Source of the DNA: Verrucomicrobia subdivision 6 bacterium
GTDB lineage: Bacteria; Verrucomicrobiota; Verrucomicrobiia; Methylacidiphilales; Verrucolacustridaceae
Length of the DNA stretch: 64,000 nucleotides
Direction of reading: 5' to 3'
Assembly: GCA_945874125.1 (NCBI GenBank)
Contig: CAMCFB010000002.1
Span: forward strand, 517 to 64,516
Below, one piece after another: positions 1 to 9,710 of this stretch. The first letter of the stretch is position 1; each line of letters starts with the position of its first letter. The translations under genes and the position numbers were made by a program. The notes below the pieces were generated by a model. That model did no database searches, was not told the DNA's origin, and worked only from the letters and a program-made list of their open reading frames with translations.

Positions 1-1
1 G

Positions 2-1708
2 ACGGATGCGGGGTTCTATTACGACTTTGATTTGTCTCACCGCTTCAGCGACGAGGACTTTGCGAAAATAGAGGCGGAGATGAAAAAGGTGGTAAAGGAG
101 AACCAACCGTTCACCCGCAAGGAGGTGAGTCGGGCAGAAGCGAAGGCATTCTTTGAGGGAAAGAAGCAGTCCTACAAGATTGGGCGCTTAGGGGATATCC
201 CGGAGGGGGAGGCCATATCGTTCTACACCAACGGGGAGTTCACTGATCTCTGTGCGGGTACTCATGTGAAGAGCACGGGAGAGATTCAGGCGTTTAAGTT
301 GCTCCGCTTGGCGGGGGCTTATCACCGGGGTGACGAAAAGAACAAGATGCTGCAGCGTATCTACGGGACGGCTTTTCCGACCAAGGAGGAGCTTGAGGCC
401 AGTCTCAAGGCCCAAGAGGAAGCCCTGCAGCGGGACCATCGGAAGCTGGGCAAAGAGTTGGACCTCTTTCTGATCGATGACGAAGTGGGCCAGGGGTTGG
501 TGATGTGGACTCCCAACGGGGCAATCGTTCGGCATGAGATGCAGAAGTTCCTTTTGGAGGAGTTGGGAAAGCGTGGATATGAGCAGGTCTTCACCCCACA
601 CATCGGAAGACTTGGGCTTTACCGCACCTCTGGGCATTTCCCGTACTATCAGGAGTCACAGTACCCGCCGATCATTGACCGTGAGACGATGGAGAAACTT
701 GCGAAAGAGGGTTGTTCCTGTGCCAAGCTGAGCAACAAGATTGAAAAGGGGGAGATTGAGGGATATTTGCTGAAGCCGATGAACTGCCCGATGCATATTC
801 GGATTTATGCGTCTCGCCCGAGGTCGTATCGGGATCTGCCGGTTCGTCTGGCCGAGTTTGGAACTGTGTATCGATGGGAGCAGTCGGGAGAGTTGAATGG
901 GATGACTCGGGTACGTGGCTTTACTCAGGACGATGCCCACTTATTTTGCACCGAGGAGCAGGTCGCGAAAGAAGTGGAAGGATGCTTAGAGATGGTGCGT
1001 CTCGTTTTAGATACTCTAGGCATTGGTGATTTCAGGGTTCGGGTAGGCCTACGAGATCCTGCCTCAGATAAATATGTTGGATCGAAAGAAGGTTGGGACA
1101 AAGCGGAGAAAGCGGTGAAGGAAGCCGCGAAGAAGCTTGGGGTACGGACGAGTGAAGAGCCTGGGGAGGCTGCTTTTTACGGACCCAAAATTGATTTTGT
1201 GGTGAAGGATGTGATTGGGAGGGAGTGGCAGTTAGGAACGGTTCAGGTCGACTACAACTTGCCGGAGCGCTTTGATTTAACTTACACAGGATCCGACAAT
1301 CAAAAGCATCGCCCGGTGATGATTCATCGGGCGCCCTTTGGTTCGCTCGAGCGGTTTACCGGGGTTTTGATCGAGCATTATCGCGGAGCCTTTCCAGTTT
1401 GGCTGGCCCCCGAGCAGGCTCGCTTTCTCCCGGTAAACGATCAGATGATTGCTTATGCCGAAAAGTGTGCCGAGCAGTTTAAGGCCGCGGGATTAAGGGT
1501 TTCGGTGGATAAGAAAGGGGATAAACTAGGAGGCCAGATTCGTAGGGGTCAGTTGGAGAAAGTTCCATTTTTATTGGTTTGCGGGAACAGAGAAGCGGAG
1601 GCAGGTCAGGTAGCGGTGCGGAGTCGGGAAAAGGGGGATGAGGGGGCGCAGAGTGTCGCGGTGGTCATGGAGCGGTTAGTGAATCTGATGAAACAGCGGG
1701 TTGCTTAA
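2..1708 (+). CDS. thrS: threonyl-tRNA synthetase (5' end lies outside the window)
   Basis: Open from base 2 (TDAGFYYDFD); editing motif DLCAGTH; KPMNCP, YRWEQSGELNGMTRVRGFTQDDAH, AFYGPKIDF, MIHRAPFGSLERF. Confidence 0.97.
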   Translation, partial: TDAGFYYDFDLSHRFSDEDFAKIEAEMKKVVKENQPFTRKEVSRAEAKAFFEGKKQSYKIGRLGDIPEGEAISFYTNGEFTDLCAGTHVKSTGEIQAFKLLRLAGAYHRGDEKNKMLQRIYGTAFPTKEELEASLKAQEEALQRDHRKLGKELDLFLIDDEVGQGLVMWTPNGAIVRHEMQKFLLEELGKRGYEQVFTPHIGRLGLYRTSGHFPYYQESQYPPIIDRETMEKLAKEGCSCAKLSNKIEKGEIEGYLLKPMNCPMHIRIYASRPRSYRDLPVRLAEFGTVYRWEQSGELNGMTRVRGFTQDDAHLFCTEEQVAKEVEGCLEMVRLVLDTLGIGDFRVRVGLRDPASDKYVGSKEGWDKAEKAVKEAAKKLGVRTSEEPGEAAFYGPKIDFVVKDVIGREWQLGTVQVDYNLPERFDLTYTGSDNQKHRPVMIHRAPFGSLERFTGVLIEHYRGAFPVWLAPEQARFLPVNDQMIAYAEKCAEQFKAAGLRVSVDKKGDKLGGQIRRGQLEKVPFLLVCGNREAEAGQVAVRSREKGDEGAQSVAVVMERLVNLMKQRVA

Positions 1709-1739
1709 GCTGAATATTTAAGGTGGCGGAGGGCAGGAA

Positions 1740-2915
1740 GTGGGGTATTTTCGCCCTTCCATCTTGAAAGCCAACGAGTTTAGGCCTGTTTCTCCCGATT
1801 CTTGGGGCTCCGTCCCTCTGCCCATGTGGCAGGATTGGTCCTGGCAACTCCGTAATCGAATTCAGACATTGGAGCAGTTAGAGGAGCGTCTTTCCCTTAC
1901 ACCCGAAGAGCGAGCAGGGACGATTTTAGCCGGGAAAAAGTTAGCCCTCGGCATTACCCCCCACTTTTTCAGCCTGATTGATCGGAATGATCCTGACTGT
2001 CCGATCCGGAGGCAGGTGGTGCCTCGCATCGAGGAGTCGGTCAAGGCCCCGGATGAGATGATGGACCCATGTGGGGAGGATTCCCACATGCCTGTTCCTG
2101 GCTTGGTCCATCGGTATCCGGACCGAGTCCTGCTTTTGGTGACCGACCGTTGCGCTTCGTACTGTCGTTACTGCACGCGGAGCCGTGTCGTGAGTGGAGC
2201 AGGGGAGCAGGAGTTGACGATGGACCTGGAGGGGGCGTTCTCTTACTTGGAAAAGCATCCCGAGGTGCGGGATGTTCTGCTTTCGGGGGGCGACCCGCTG
2301 CTCCTCTCCGACGCCAAGCTCAACGCGATTTTAACCCGCCTGAGGCAGATCCCGAGCATTGAGTTCATTCGCATAGGAACGCGAATTCCCATATTTCTGC
2401 CACAACGGATCACTCCGGAGCTGGTCGCCATCCTGAAAAGACATCACCCCTTGTGGATGAGTGTTCATTCGAATCACCCGGCAGAATTGACCCAGGAGGT
2501 TCGTCAAGCTTTGGAGAGGTTGGCGGATGCGGGGATTCCGCTTGGCAACCAGAGCGTTCTGTTAAAGGGAGTGAATGATCGCCCCGAGATTCTTAAAGAA
2601 CTTTTGCACAAGCTGCTGCTTTGCCGAGTGAGGCCATACTATCTTTACCAGTGCGATCTGATTACCGGCTCGGCGCATTTGCGAACTACGATTCGAGAAG
2701 GGCAGGAGATCATGGAGCAGTTACGCGGTCACACCACTGGGTATGCCGTGCCGACCTACGTGGTGGATGGGCCTGGCGGTGGGGGCAAGATTCCGATTGG
2801 TCCTAACTACATCGTTGGAATGGCGGATAATCGCGTCATTCTTAAAAACTATAAGGGTGATGTGTATGAATACCCTGAAATCGGCCAAACTCCTATAGCC
2901 GACCTTCGCGGTTGA
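1740..2915 (+). CDS. KamA-family radical SAM protein (lysine 2,3-aminomutase-like)
   Basis: GLVHRYPDRVL, CASYCRYC, LLSGGDPL, NQSVLLKGVND, PYYLYQCD, PLP-lysine motif GGGKIP. Confidence 0.92.
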   Translation: MGYFRPSILKANEFRPVSPDSWGSVPLPMWQDWSWQLRNRIQTLEQLEERLSLTPEERAGTILAGKKLALGITPHFFSLIDRNDPDCPIRRQVVPRIEESVKAPDEMMDPCGEDSHMPVPGLVHRYPDRVLLLVTDRCASYCRYCTRSRVVSGAGEQELTMDLEGAFSYLEKHPEVRDVLLSGGDPLLLSDAKLNAILTRLRQIPSIEFIRIGTRIPIFLPQRITPELVAILKRHHPLWMSVHSNHPAELTQEVRQALERLADAGIPLGNQSVLLKGVNDRPEILKELLHKLLLCRVRPYYLYQCDLITGSAHLRTTIREGQEIMEQLRGHTTGYAVPTYVVDGPGGGGKIPIGPNYIVGMADNRVILKNYKGDVYEYPEIGQTPIADLRG

Positions 2916-4078
2916 CCTGGGTAGACCGTCCGACGCTGCGGCTGAAACCGGGCGGAAGATCAAAAGCGCTTGCTGGGCATCCTTGGATTCTTAAGTCGGA
3001 AATCGAAACTGAACTCGGCCAGTTGTGGAGTGGTCAATCGGTCGGAGCAACGGGTCAGCAGGGGCAGTTGATGGGGACCGGGTTTTATCGCGAGGGGGCA
3101 CGGGTGGCCTGGAGAAGATTTCGCAAAGATGAGGGTGATTTTGATGAAGATTTCGTGGCGAAGGCTTTGCAAGCAGCCCTACATAAACGCAAGAGAACGC
3201 CTGCACGGAGGATTGTTTGGTCGGAAGCGGACTCGATGCCAGGACTGGTGCTGGATCAGTATGGAAAGTATCTCGTGGCACAGATCACTACTGAGGGCAT
3301 GGAAAGGAATTGGGAGCTTGTTCGCACGGTCGCAGAAAAGATCTTACAGCCGGAGGGGATATGGATTCGGAGGGATGCTTCAGGAAGAAAACTCGACGGG
3401 ATGGAGATCCTTCCGGGCGAGGCAGTCGGCACAGTCCCAGAAAAGCCTATCCTGGTTGAAATTGCTGGGACTGAGGTGTGGGTCGATTTGCGGGCTGGAC
3501 AGAAGACAGGCACCTATTTGGATCAGCAGGAGAATTATGGGATTGTTGCGCAGGAGAGTGGGGGACGAAAGGTTCTTGATCTCTTTTGTCATACGGGGGG
3601 GTTTGCCCTTCGTTCAGCCCGAGCGGGTGCGATCGAGGTGACAGGAGTGGATAGCTCCCGTCCTTCCTTGGAGTTGGCCAGGCAGAGTGCAGAGCACCAT
3701 GGATGGAAGATTCGGTGGGCTCAAGAGGACGTGACACGGTTTCTTCGGACGTGTCGCAAGAGGGAGTACGATCTGGTGATTTTAGATCCGCCAGGCTTAG
3801 TCAAAAGCCGTGATAGTGCCGAGGGAGGGACTAGGGTGATGGCTGAACTTCACCGCAGCTCCCTAAAAGTCCTCTCGAGGGGTGGATTACTGGCCACGTT
3901 TTCTTGCTCGCACCGCGTCGGCAGTGAGGAATTGTTAGGGATGGTCAAACAAGTTGCGCAAGAGGAGGGTCGGGTTTTGCAGATCAAGACCAAGTTGGAA
4001 CAGTCATCCGACCATCCGGTAGATCCGGCTTTTCCTGAAAGTCGCTATTTAAGCGGCTTTCTTCTGGAGGTGAGATGA
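2912..4078 (+). CDS. rlmI: RlmI-like SAM-dependent rRNA (cytosine-C5) methyltransferase
   Basis: PUA-like N-terminus GHPWI, SEADSMPGL, GQKTGTYLDQ, VLDLFCHTGGF, VILDPP, TFSCS. Confidence 0.85.
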   Translation: MTWVDRPTLRLKPGGRSKALAGHPWILKSEIETELGQLWSGQSVGATGQQGQLMGTGFYREGARVAWRRFRKDEGDFDEDFVAKALQAALHKRKRTPARRIVWSEADSMPGLVLDQYGKYLVAQITTEGMERNWELVRTVAEKILQPEGIWIRRDASGRKLDGMEILPGEAVGTVPEKPILVEIAGTEVWVDLRAGQKTGTYLDQQENYGIVAQESGGRKVLDLFCHTGGFALRSARAGAIEVTGVDSSRPSLELARQSAEHHGWKIRWAQEDVTRFLRTCRKREYDLVILDPPGLVKSRDSAEGGTRVMAELHRSSLKVLSRGGLLATFSCSHRVGSEELLGMVKQVAQEEGRVLQIKTKLEQSSDHPVDPAFPESRYLSGFLLEVR

Positions 4079-4671
4079 GGCTCTTGGCGCTGGCGCTGCT
4101 CTTCCTGTGCGCTCCGGTGGGTGCGAAGGAGTTGGTGCATCCCAAGGATTGTGACGGGAAGGTGGTGGAGCTCAATCCAACGAACCGAATCACGATTGTG
4201 CTGGCAAGTAGCCAATCCTTGGCGGATACCACACGGGAGTTTGGGCGGGCGGTTTACGGATGGCAGGGGAGAAAAGAATTTCGAGTCATCGTGGTCGTGG
4301 ATTTGAGAAAGTCCCTGGGAACTCTCTTTCAGGGGTGGACGGTGGGCAAGATGAAGGCAGATCTGAACGAGGAGGCGGAGAGACTGATTCCATGGTATCG
4401 AGCCAATCAAAATCCAGACAATCCCCGGCCGGACCTGTGTGGTATTGCCGATTTTGATGGAAAGGTCACTGAGTCCTTGGGTTGGGGTGGTGATGACACG
4501 AAGATGAAAGTGAAGATCTTTGGCAAGAGTGGAGATGTGGTATGGTCTGATATGGACGCCATCAGGCCCGATGCCCTTTGTCGCGAGGTACAGAAGCTGC
4601 TCGGCCCCCCTGTGCCCACTCCGCCGGACGCAGTCCCCAAGAAATCCCGAATGATTCTGCGTAAAGGATGA
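4075..4671 (+). CDS. exported hypothetical protein, possibly thioredoxin-like fold without CxxC
   Basis: Signal peptide MRLLALALLFLCAPVGA; ATGA overlaps with both neighbours. Confidence 0.7.
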   Translation: MRLLALALLFLCAPVGAKELVHPKDCDGKVVELNPTNRITIVLASSQSLADTTREFGRAVYGWQGRKEFRVIVVVDLRKSLGTLFQGWTVGKMKADLNEEAERLIPWYRANQNPDNPRPDLCGIADFDGKVTESLGWGGDDTKMKVKIFGKSGDVVWSDMDAIRPDALCREVQKLLGPPVPTPPDAVPKKSRMILRKG

Positions 4672-5693
4672 GTATTTCGGACGGTATCTTTTGTCTTGGG
4701 GTGGATCACCATGCGACACCGCTGGGGGTTCGCGAAGTTTTGGCCTCGTCCTCGGGGGACCGTTGGATTCCTCACCTAATTGAGCATGGGGGTGCGGCCG
4801 AAGTGGTTTTTTTGAGTACCTGTAATCGCGTGGAGATTTACGGGCGTTCGGAAAGTCGGGGACCCGGGATTGTTTCTGATGTAGCGCGTTCGATGCCTTT
4901 GGAGTTAGGGAACGCTTGGCGAGAGGCCCGGGGGGTCTACCTGCACGAAGGGATTCCGTGTTGGCGGCATTTAGCTGAAGTGGCCACGGGGCTTCGATCC
5001 ATGGTTGTCGGGGAGGGGGAAATATTGGCGCAAGTTCGTCAGGCGTATGCGGGGTCGAGGAATGCGGGCGGCACAGGACGCTCCATGCATGCACTTTTTC
5101 AGTCAGGTTTGCGGGCGGCACGGGCGGCGCGGGCGGTGGCGGGATTTGGCCAGGGGGATGCCTCCGTCGGTCGGTTGGCCGCGGAAGCGCTGGAAGAGAT
5201 GGGCAGCGGAGGAGAAAGTAGGCCTCTTCTTCTTTTAGGTTCCGGACTGACCGCGCGCAGCTTTGTCTCGGCCTATCGAACTCTATCGGAGCGGCCGCTA
5301 TGGATCTCCTCTAGATCAGCCGAGCGAGCGGGTACAATGGCGGCAGAGTTTCATGCTGATCAAGTGGAGTGGGGGAATTGGCCAAGGAGTGTGGCCGATG
5401 TGTCGGTGGTGGTTTCGGCTTTAGCCGGGGGGGAGTTGCCGTGGTCGGAAACGAGTCATGGGGGTCCTGACATATTGGTGGACTTAGGTGTTCCCAGGAC
5501 TCTGACAGCGCTTCAGCGTTCTTTTCCTGGAGCAACTTGGGTAGATTTGGAGGAGTTAGCCAGGAGAAGTGAGATCAAGCCTGAATCACTGCAGGCGATT
5601 CACCGTGCCGAAGAGGTTCTGCGGAGGCATGAATCGATCTTTGCTGTTGGCCGTGCCCCCAGCGTGGAGGGTTCTCAGGTAGTTGAGGGATGA
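4668..5693 (+). CDS. hemA: glutamyl-tRNA reductase (short form)
   Basis: LSTCNRVEIY, GLRSMVVGEGEILAQVR, DLGVPR. Confidence 0.92.
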   Translation: MSISDGIFCLGVDHHATPLGVREVLASSSGDRWIPHLIEHGGAAEVVFLSTCNRVEIYGRSESRGPGIVSDVARSMPLELGNAWREARGVYLHEGIPCWRHLAEVATGLRSMVVGEGEILAQVRQAYAGSRNAGGTGRSMHALFQSGLRAARAARAVAGFGQGDASVGRLAAEALEEMGSGGESRPLLLLGSGLTARSFVSAYRTLSERPLWISSRSAERAGTMAAEFHADQVEWGNWPRSVADVSVVVSALAGGELPWSETSHGGPDILVDLGVPRTLTALQRSFPGATWVDLEELARRSEIKPESLQAIHRAEEVLRRHESIFAVGRAPSVEGSQVVEG

Positions 5694-6580
5694 AGTTTCG
5701 GCTGGGAACACGAGGGAGTCGCCTTGCCCTCGGGCAAGCGAGAAAGGTAGCGGATCAGATGCGTCAACTTCACTCTGGCTTAGGGGTCGAGTTGGTCGTG
5801 ATCCGAACGGCAGGGGATGTACGTTCTGAGTTTGGTGACGAAGTTCCCACCGTGGTCGGTGAATTTAGTTCGGCTCTGGAGGAGGCTCTTTTTAAGTCAG
5901 AAATTGACGGAGCCGTGCACAGCGCGAAAGACTTGCCTACGATAATTCCGGAATCTCTGGTGGTGGGGGCTTATCCCGAAAGAGTGGATCCAAGAGATGC
6001 ATGGGTTTTTCGGGCGGGCGAAACATTTTCGCTGAATTCCTCAGGATGGGTGGGAACGGAGAGTCCGCGGCGAAGGCTTTTTTGGGCCGAGCATTGGCCT
6101 CAGACCCAATTTCGAACCATTCGGGGAAATGTGGATCGTCGAATGGAGAGATGTCGGCAAGAGAAAGAGTGGAGTGGAGTTCTTTTGGCCTGTGCGGGAA
6201 TTGATCGTCTTGGGGGTGTTATGGATGGACTTGTCATGGAGCGATTGGACATTCCGTGGATGATTCCAGCCCCCGGTCAGGGGGCGCTGGCCGTGCAGTG
6301 TCGTCGGGATGACCGAAAAGCACTGGAGATGCTCTCCCGTTTGGACGATCCAGACGTTCGCAGTTGTGTCAGTGCGGAAAAAAGCTTTCTACAAAACTGG
6401 GGAGGAGGCTGCTCTGAATCACTTGGGGCCTTGGCCAGGATTCAACCCAATGGAACACTCCATCTCCAGGCGGGGGTGAAAGACCGATTTGATCGTCCCC
6501 AGAGAGCCTCACTCGAGGGACCCGTACGCGAAGCGGAGATGGTGGGCGCACGCCTGGCGGAGGAGATGCGCCGTGGGTAA
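5690..6580 (+). CDS. hemC: hydroxymethylbilane synthase (porphobilinogen deaminase)
   Basis: GTRGSRLALGQA, AVHSAKDLP, IRGNV, PAPGQGAL, cofactor Cys in GGGC. Confidence 0.95.
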   Translation: MKFRLGTRGSRLALGQARKVADQMRQLHSGLGVELVVIRTAGDVRSEFGDEVPTVVGEFSSALEEALFKSEIDGAVHSAKDLPTIIPESLVVGAYPERVDPRDAWVFRAGETFSLNSSGWVGTESPRRRLFWAEHWPQTQFRTIRGNVDRRMERCRQEKEWSGVLLACAGIDRLGGVMDGLVMERLDIPWMIPAPGQGALAVQCRRDDRKALEMLSRLDDPDVRSCVSAEKSFLQNWGGGCSESLGALARIQPNGTLHLQAGVKDRFDRPQRASLEGPVREAEMVGARLAEEMRRG

Positions 6581-8015
6581 GTGCGGAAAAGTGTGGTTGG
6601 TCGGGGCGGGACCCGGAGATCCAGGATTAATGACTCAGCGCGGGATTGACGTGCTCAAAGTTGCTGAGGTGATCCTCTACGATCGACTGGTTCATCCGGC
6701 CATTCTCCTGAACGCGTCGCCGGACGTGCTTTGGATTAATGCGGGCAAGACTCCCCGCGGCCGACGAATGGAACAGCATGAAATTCATCGCCTACTCATT
6801 TCCCATGCGGCCAAGGGGAAAAGGGTGGTCCGCCTGAAGGGTGGAGACCCATTTATCTTTGGCCGAGGGGGAGAGGAGGCAGAAGTTTTGGCCCAGGCAA
6901 AGATACCCTTTGAGGTGATTCCGGGTGTAACCGCGGGTATCGCTGGGCCGGCCTATGCGGGAATCCCTGTTACTCAGAGGGGAATGAGCACGGAATTGCT
7001 GTTTCGGATTGGGGCTCGGGCGGAGGGATCGGTCCGAGGGAGGACTTTGGTCGGGTATATGACGGTGGAGGGCATGGGGGATTTTTTAGAGCGGGCACTG
7101 GATTTAGGATTCCCGCTTTCCACCCCGGCTGGGGTGATCGAAAGGGCAACCACCTCCCAGCAAAGGGTAATCACGGGAACGATCGGAACATTGGCCAACC
7201 TCGCCAAGAGGAAACGCGTTTCGGCTCCTGCCATTGTGGTCGTGGGAACCGTCGTTTCTCTTCGTAATAGGTTGAGATGGTGGGAAAAGAGAGTATTGGC
7301 GGGTAAACGTATTGTCCTTACGGCAAGCGAAGCTCTGAGGAAAGGTTGGCGGGAGTGTTTCGAGGATCTTGGCGCGGAGGTGTGGGAAATTCCGATGACC
7401 CACATTCAGCCGCTGATTCCCGAGAAGGCTTGGGTTCAGAAGATCTTGAAGGCGGATTGGCTGGTTTTCACTAGTGCTTCCGCGGTACGTTTTTTTCCCC
7501 AAGCTTTGGGTGATTTAAGGAAAGTGGCGGGGTGTAAAATTGCGGCGGTCGGGAAAGGCACGGCAGATGTCTTGGTTGCGATTGGTCTGCCAGCCGATTG
7601 GGTTGGGCAAGGACCCGGCTCGGAAAAGCTGGTACAGGGATGGCCGCAGTGGGCCAAGGGAAGAATCTTGCACATTACCGGTGATGCGGGAGATGACTCG
7701 ATGATCCAGAGGTTTCGAAAGCGCGGCTATCAGGCCGATCGAATCATCATTTATCGAAATCAAGGAGGTCGGTCTATTCCCAAGCCTGTGCAGGATGCTT
7801 TACAAAAAGAGGGGGCCGATTGGCTTGTCTTTGCCAGCGGAACGGCGGCGTCGCGCTTTCGCAGGCTTTTTCCAAGATTGAAAAAAATTCGCCAAGTCGT
7901 GGCTATTGGGCCGGCCACAGCGAGGGCCGCGCGCAACGCTGGGTGGAGGGTCTCCTGTGTGGCGAAGGAGCCCTCGGCACAGGGGGTGCTTCGTGCGATG
8001 ATGAGAGCCTCATGA
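6573..8015 (+). CDS. cobA: fused uroporphyrinogen-III C-methyltransferase / uroporphyrinogen-III synthase (CobA-HemD)
   Basis: LVGAGPGDPGL, VVRLKGGDPFIFGRGGEE, IPGVT; C-terminal HemD motifs VFTSASAV, AAVGKGTA, AIGPATA; GTG start at 6573 overlaps the end of hemC. Confidence 0.92.
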   Translation: MGKCGKVWLVGAGPGDPGLMTQRGIDVLKVAEVILYDRLVHPAILLNASPDVLWINAGKTPRGRRMEQHEIHRLLISHAAKGKRVVRLKGGDPFIFGRGGEEAEVLAQAKIPFEVIPGVTAGIAGPAYAGIPVTQRGMSTELLFRIGARAEGSVRGRTLVGYMTVEGMGDFLERALDLGFPLSTPAGVIERATTSQQRVITGTIGTLANLAKRKRVSAPAIVVVGTVVSLRNRLRWWEKRVLAGKRIVLTASEALRKGWRECFEDLGAEVWEIPMTHIQPLIPEKAWVQKILKADWLVFTSASAVRFFPQALGDLRKVAGCKIAAVGKGTADVLVAIGLPADWVGQGPGSEKLVQGWPQWAKGRILHITGDAGDDSMIQRFRKRGYQADRIIIYRNQGGRSIPKPVQDALQKEGADWLVFASGTAASRFRRLFPRLKKIRQVVAIGPATARAARNAGWRVSCVAKEPSAQGVLRAMMRAS

Positions 8016-8353
8016 ATCCACTTTTGGAAGAAACGATGGAAGGAGCTCATGTGGCCTTAGCGATGGGGAATATGGCAGCCGCTGCTGCCCTTTATCGAAA
8101 GGCAACCGAGATTGATCCCGCCTATGCCGAAGGCTGGCAGGCGCTGGGCATGGCTTTGGTGAAGCTCGATCAGTTGAATGAAGCAATTGAGGCACTACAA
8201 AAGTTGATTCAGTTACAGCCAAAGGACCCGTTGGCCTATAGCAGTCTTTCCCTGGCCTATGGGAGAGCAGGAAGGATTGCCGAAGCGGAGGAGATGTCGG
8301 CCAAGGCAAAAGTCGCGGGATGGGGTGGCGACCCAACTAAGATTGGGTCGTGA
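8012..8353 (+). CDS. small TPR protein
   Basis: TPR pattern (YAEGWQALGMALVKL...AYSSLSLAY); ATGA overlap with the upstream stop. Confidence 0.8.
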   Translation: MNPLLEETMEGAHVALAMGNMAAAAALYRKATEIDPAYAEGWQALGMALVKLDQLNEAIEALQKLIQLQPKDPLAYSSLSLAYGRAGRIAEAEEMSAKAKVAGWGGDPTKIGS

Positions 8354-8354
8354 G

Positions 8355-9704
8355 TTACGAGGATTGAGAGAAATATCGACGAGTTTCGGCAGCGATCACG
8401 CCGCTCAGAAGAAGCAAGGCGGCTAGATTAGGCAGAGCCATCAGGCCATTCATGATGTCACAGAAGTTCCAGACCGCGTCGCTCTTCCAAATCGCGCCAA
8501 TGAACACGGCAACGACCCACAGAAGCCGATAAGGCAGTACGGCTCGAACTCCGAGTAAATATTCCACTGACTTCTCTCCGTAGTATCCCCATCCCAAAAT
8601 GGTGGAAAAAACGAAGGTGAGAAGTCCACCAATCAGAATCATGTCCCCAAACGTGCCGAGATGATGGAACGCTAGGTCGCACAACTTCGCTTTGTTGATG
8701 TCGGGGGTGGTCCAATCGCCCGAGCTGACAATGACCAGACCCGTCAGAGCACAAACGACCACCGTATCCCAAAACGTGCCGGTACCAGAAACAAGGGCCT
8801 GCCGAACCGGATCACTCGTGCGAGCGGCCGCCGCGGCAATGGGGGCGCTTCCTAGGCCAGACTCATTCGAAAAAAGTCCTCGGGCGATTCCGTAGCGGAC
8901 AGCCTCCGCGATGCCCGCTCCGACGAAGCCTCCGAGCGCGGCCTGGCCCGTGAAAGCGGAGCTCACGATGAGAGAGATCGTTCCAGGGATCTTGTCCCAG
9001 CAATGGAGAAGTACCACGATGCACCCGCCCACATAAAAGAAAGCCATGAAGGGGACGACGAATCCACAAAATCGGGCAATGGAGCGAATTCCGCCTAAGA
9101 TGACTGCTCCCGTGAGGAGAGCCATAAGTAAACCCAAGCCAATCCGAATTGAGGCATCCGGCTGGGCCAGCCCAAGGATGGATTTTTTGACCACAACCAT
9201 TTCCACAATGGCATTCGATTGGGCCATATTTCCGATGCCAAAGGCTGCCACTGAGGTAAAGATGGCAAAGAGGATACCGGCCCAACGTGCATTCAGGGCG
9301 CGTTCTAAAACAATCATCGGGCCACCCGACATCTCCCCGCGACTATTGATCGTGCGATATTTAACGGCAAGGAGAGCCTCGGAATATTTGGTGGCGATCC
9401 CAAACACACCCGTCAGCCACATCCACAAAACGGCCCCAGGTCCACCGAGCAGGACTGCTCCAGCCACGCCGTAAATATTTCCTGTCCCAATGGTCGCGGC
9501 GAGTGCGGTCATCAGAGCGCCGAACTGACTCACATCCCCGAGAGCTCCTGGCTCCTTGGTGACGGAAAGGCGTAGAGCTTGACCAAGGTGACGTTGAACG
9601 AAGCCCGTCTTCCAGGTGAGAAAGAGATGAGTGCCAAATAGTAGGGCAATCAACCAGGGGCCCCAAATCCATGAAGCCGCTTGCGCTAGAATCGAATCGA
9701 TCAT
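8355..9704 (-). CDS. alanine/glycine:cation symporter (AGCS family)
   Basis: ALAATIGTGNI, GGPGAVLWMW, RGLFSNESGLGS, DTVVVC; many TM helices. Confidence 0.95.
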   Translation of the reverse strand: MIDSILAQAASWIWGPWLIALLFGTHLFLTWKTGFVQRHLGQALRLSVTKEPGALGDVSQFGALMTALAATIGTGNIYGVAGAVLLGGPGAVLWMWLTGVFGIATKYSEALLAVKYRTINSRGEMSGGPMIVLERALNARWAGILFAIFTSVAAFGIGNMAQSNAIVEMVVVKKSILGLAQPDASIRIGLGLLMALLTGAVILGGIRSIARFCGFVVPFMAFFYVGGCIVVLLHCWDKIPGTISLIVSSAFTGQAALGGFVGAGIAEAVRYGIARGLFSNESGLGSAPIAAAAARTSDPVRQALVSGTGTFWDTVVVCALTGLVIVSSGDWTTPDINKAKLCDLAFHHLGTFGDMILIGGLLTFVFSTILGWGYYGEKSVEYLLGVRAVLPYRLLWVVAVFIGAIWKSDAVWNFCDIMNGLMALPNLAALLLLSGVIAAETRRYFSQSS

Positions 9705-9710
9705 GAAAAT

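Noticed and set aside
4045-5121. 358-aa minus-strand ORF
   Set aside because: Antisense shadow of the hypothetical gene and hemA; no recognisable motifs.
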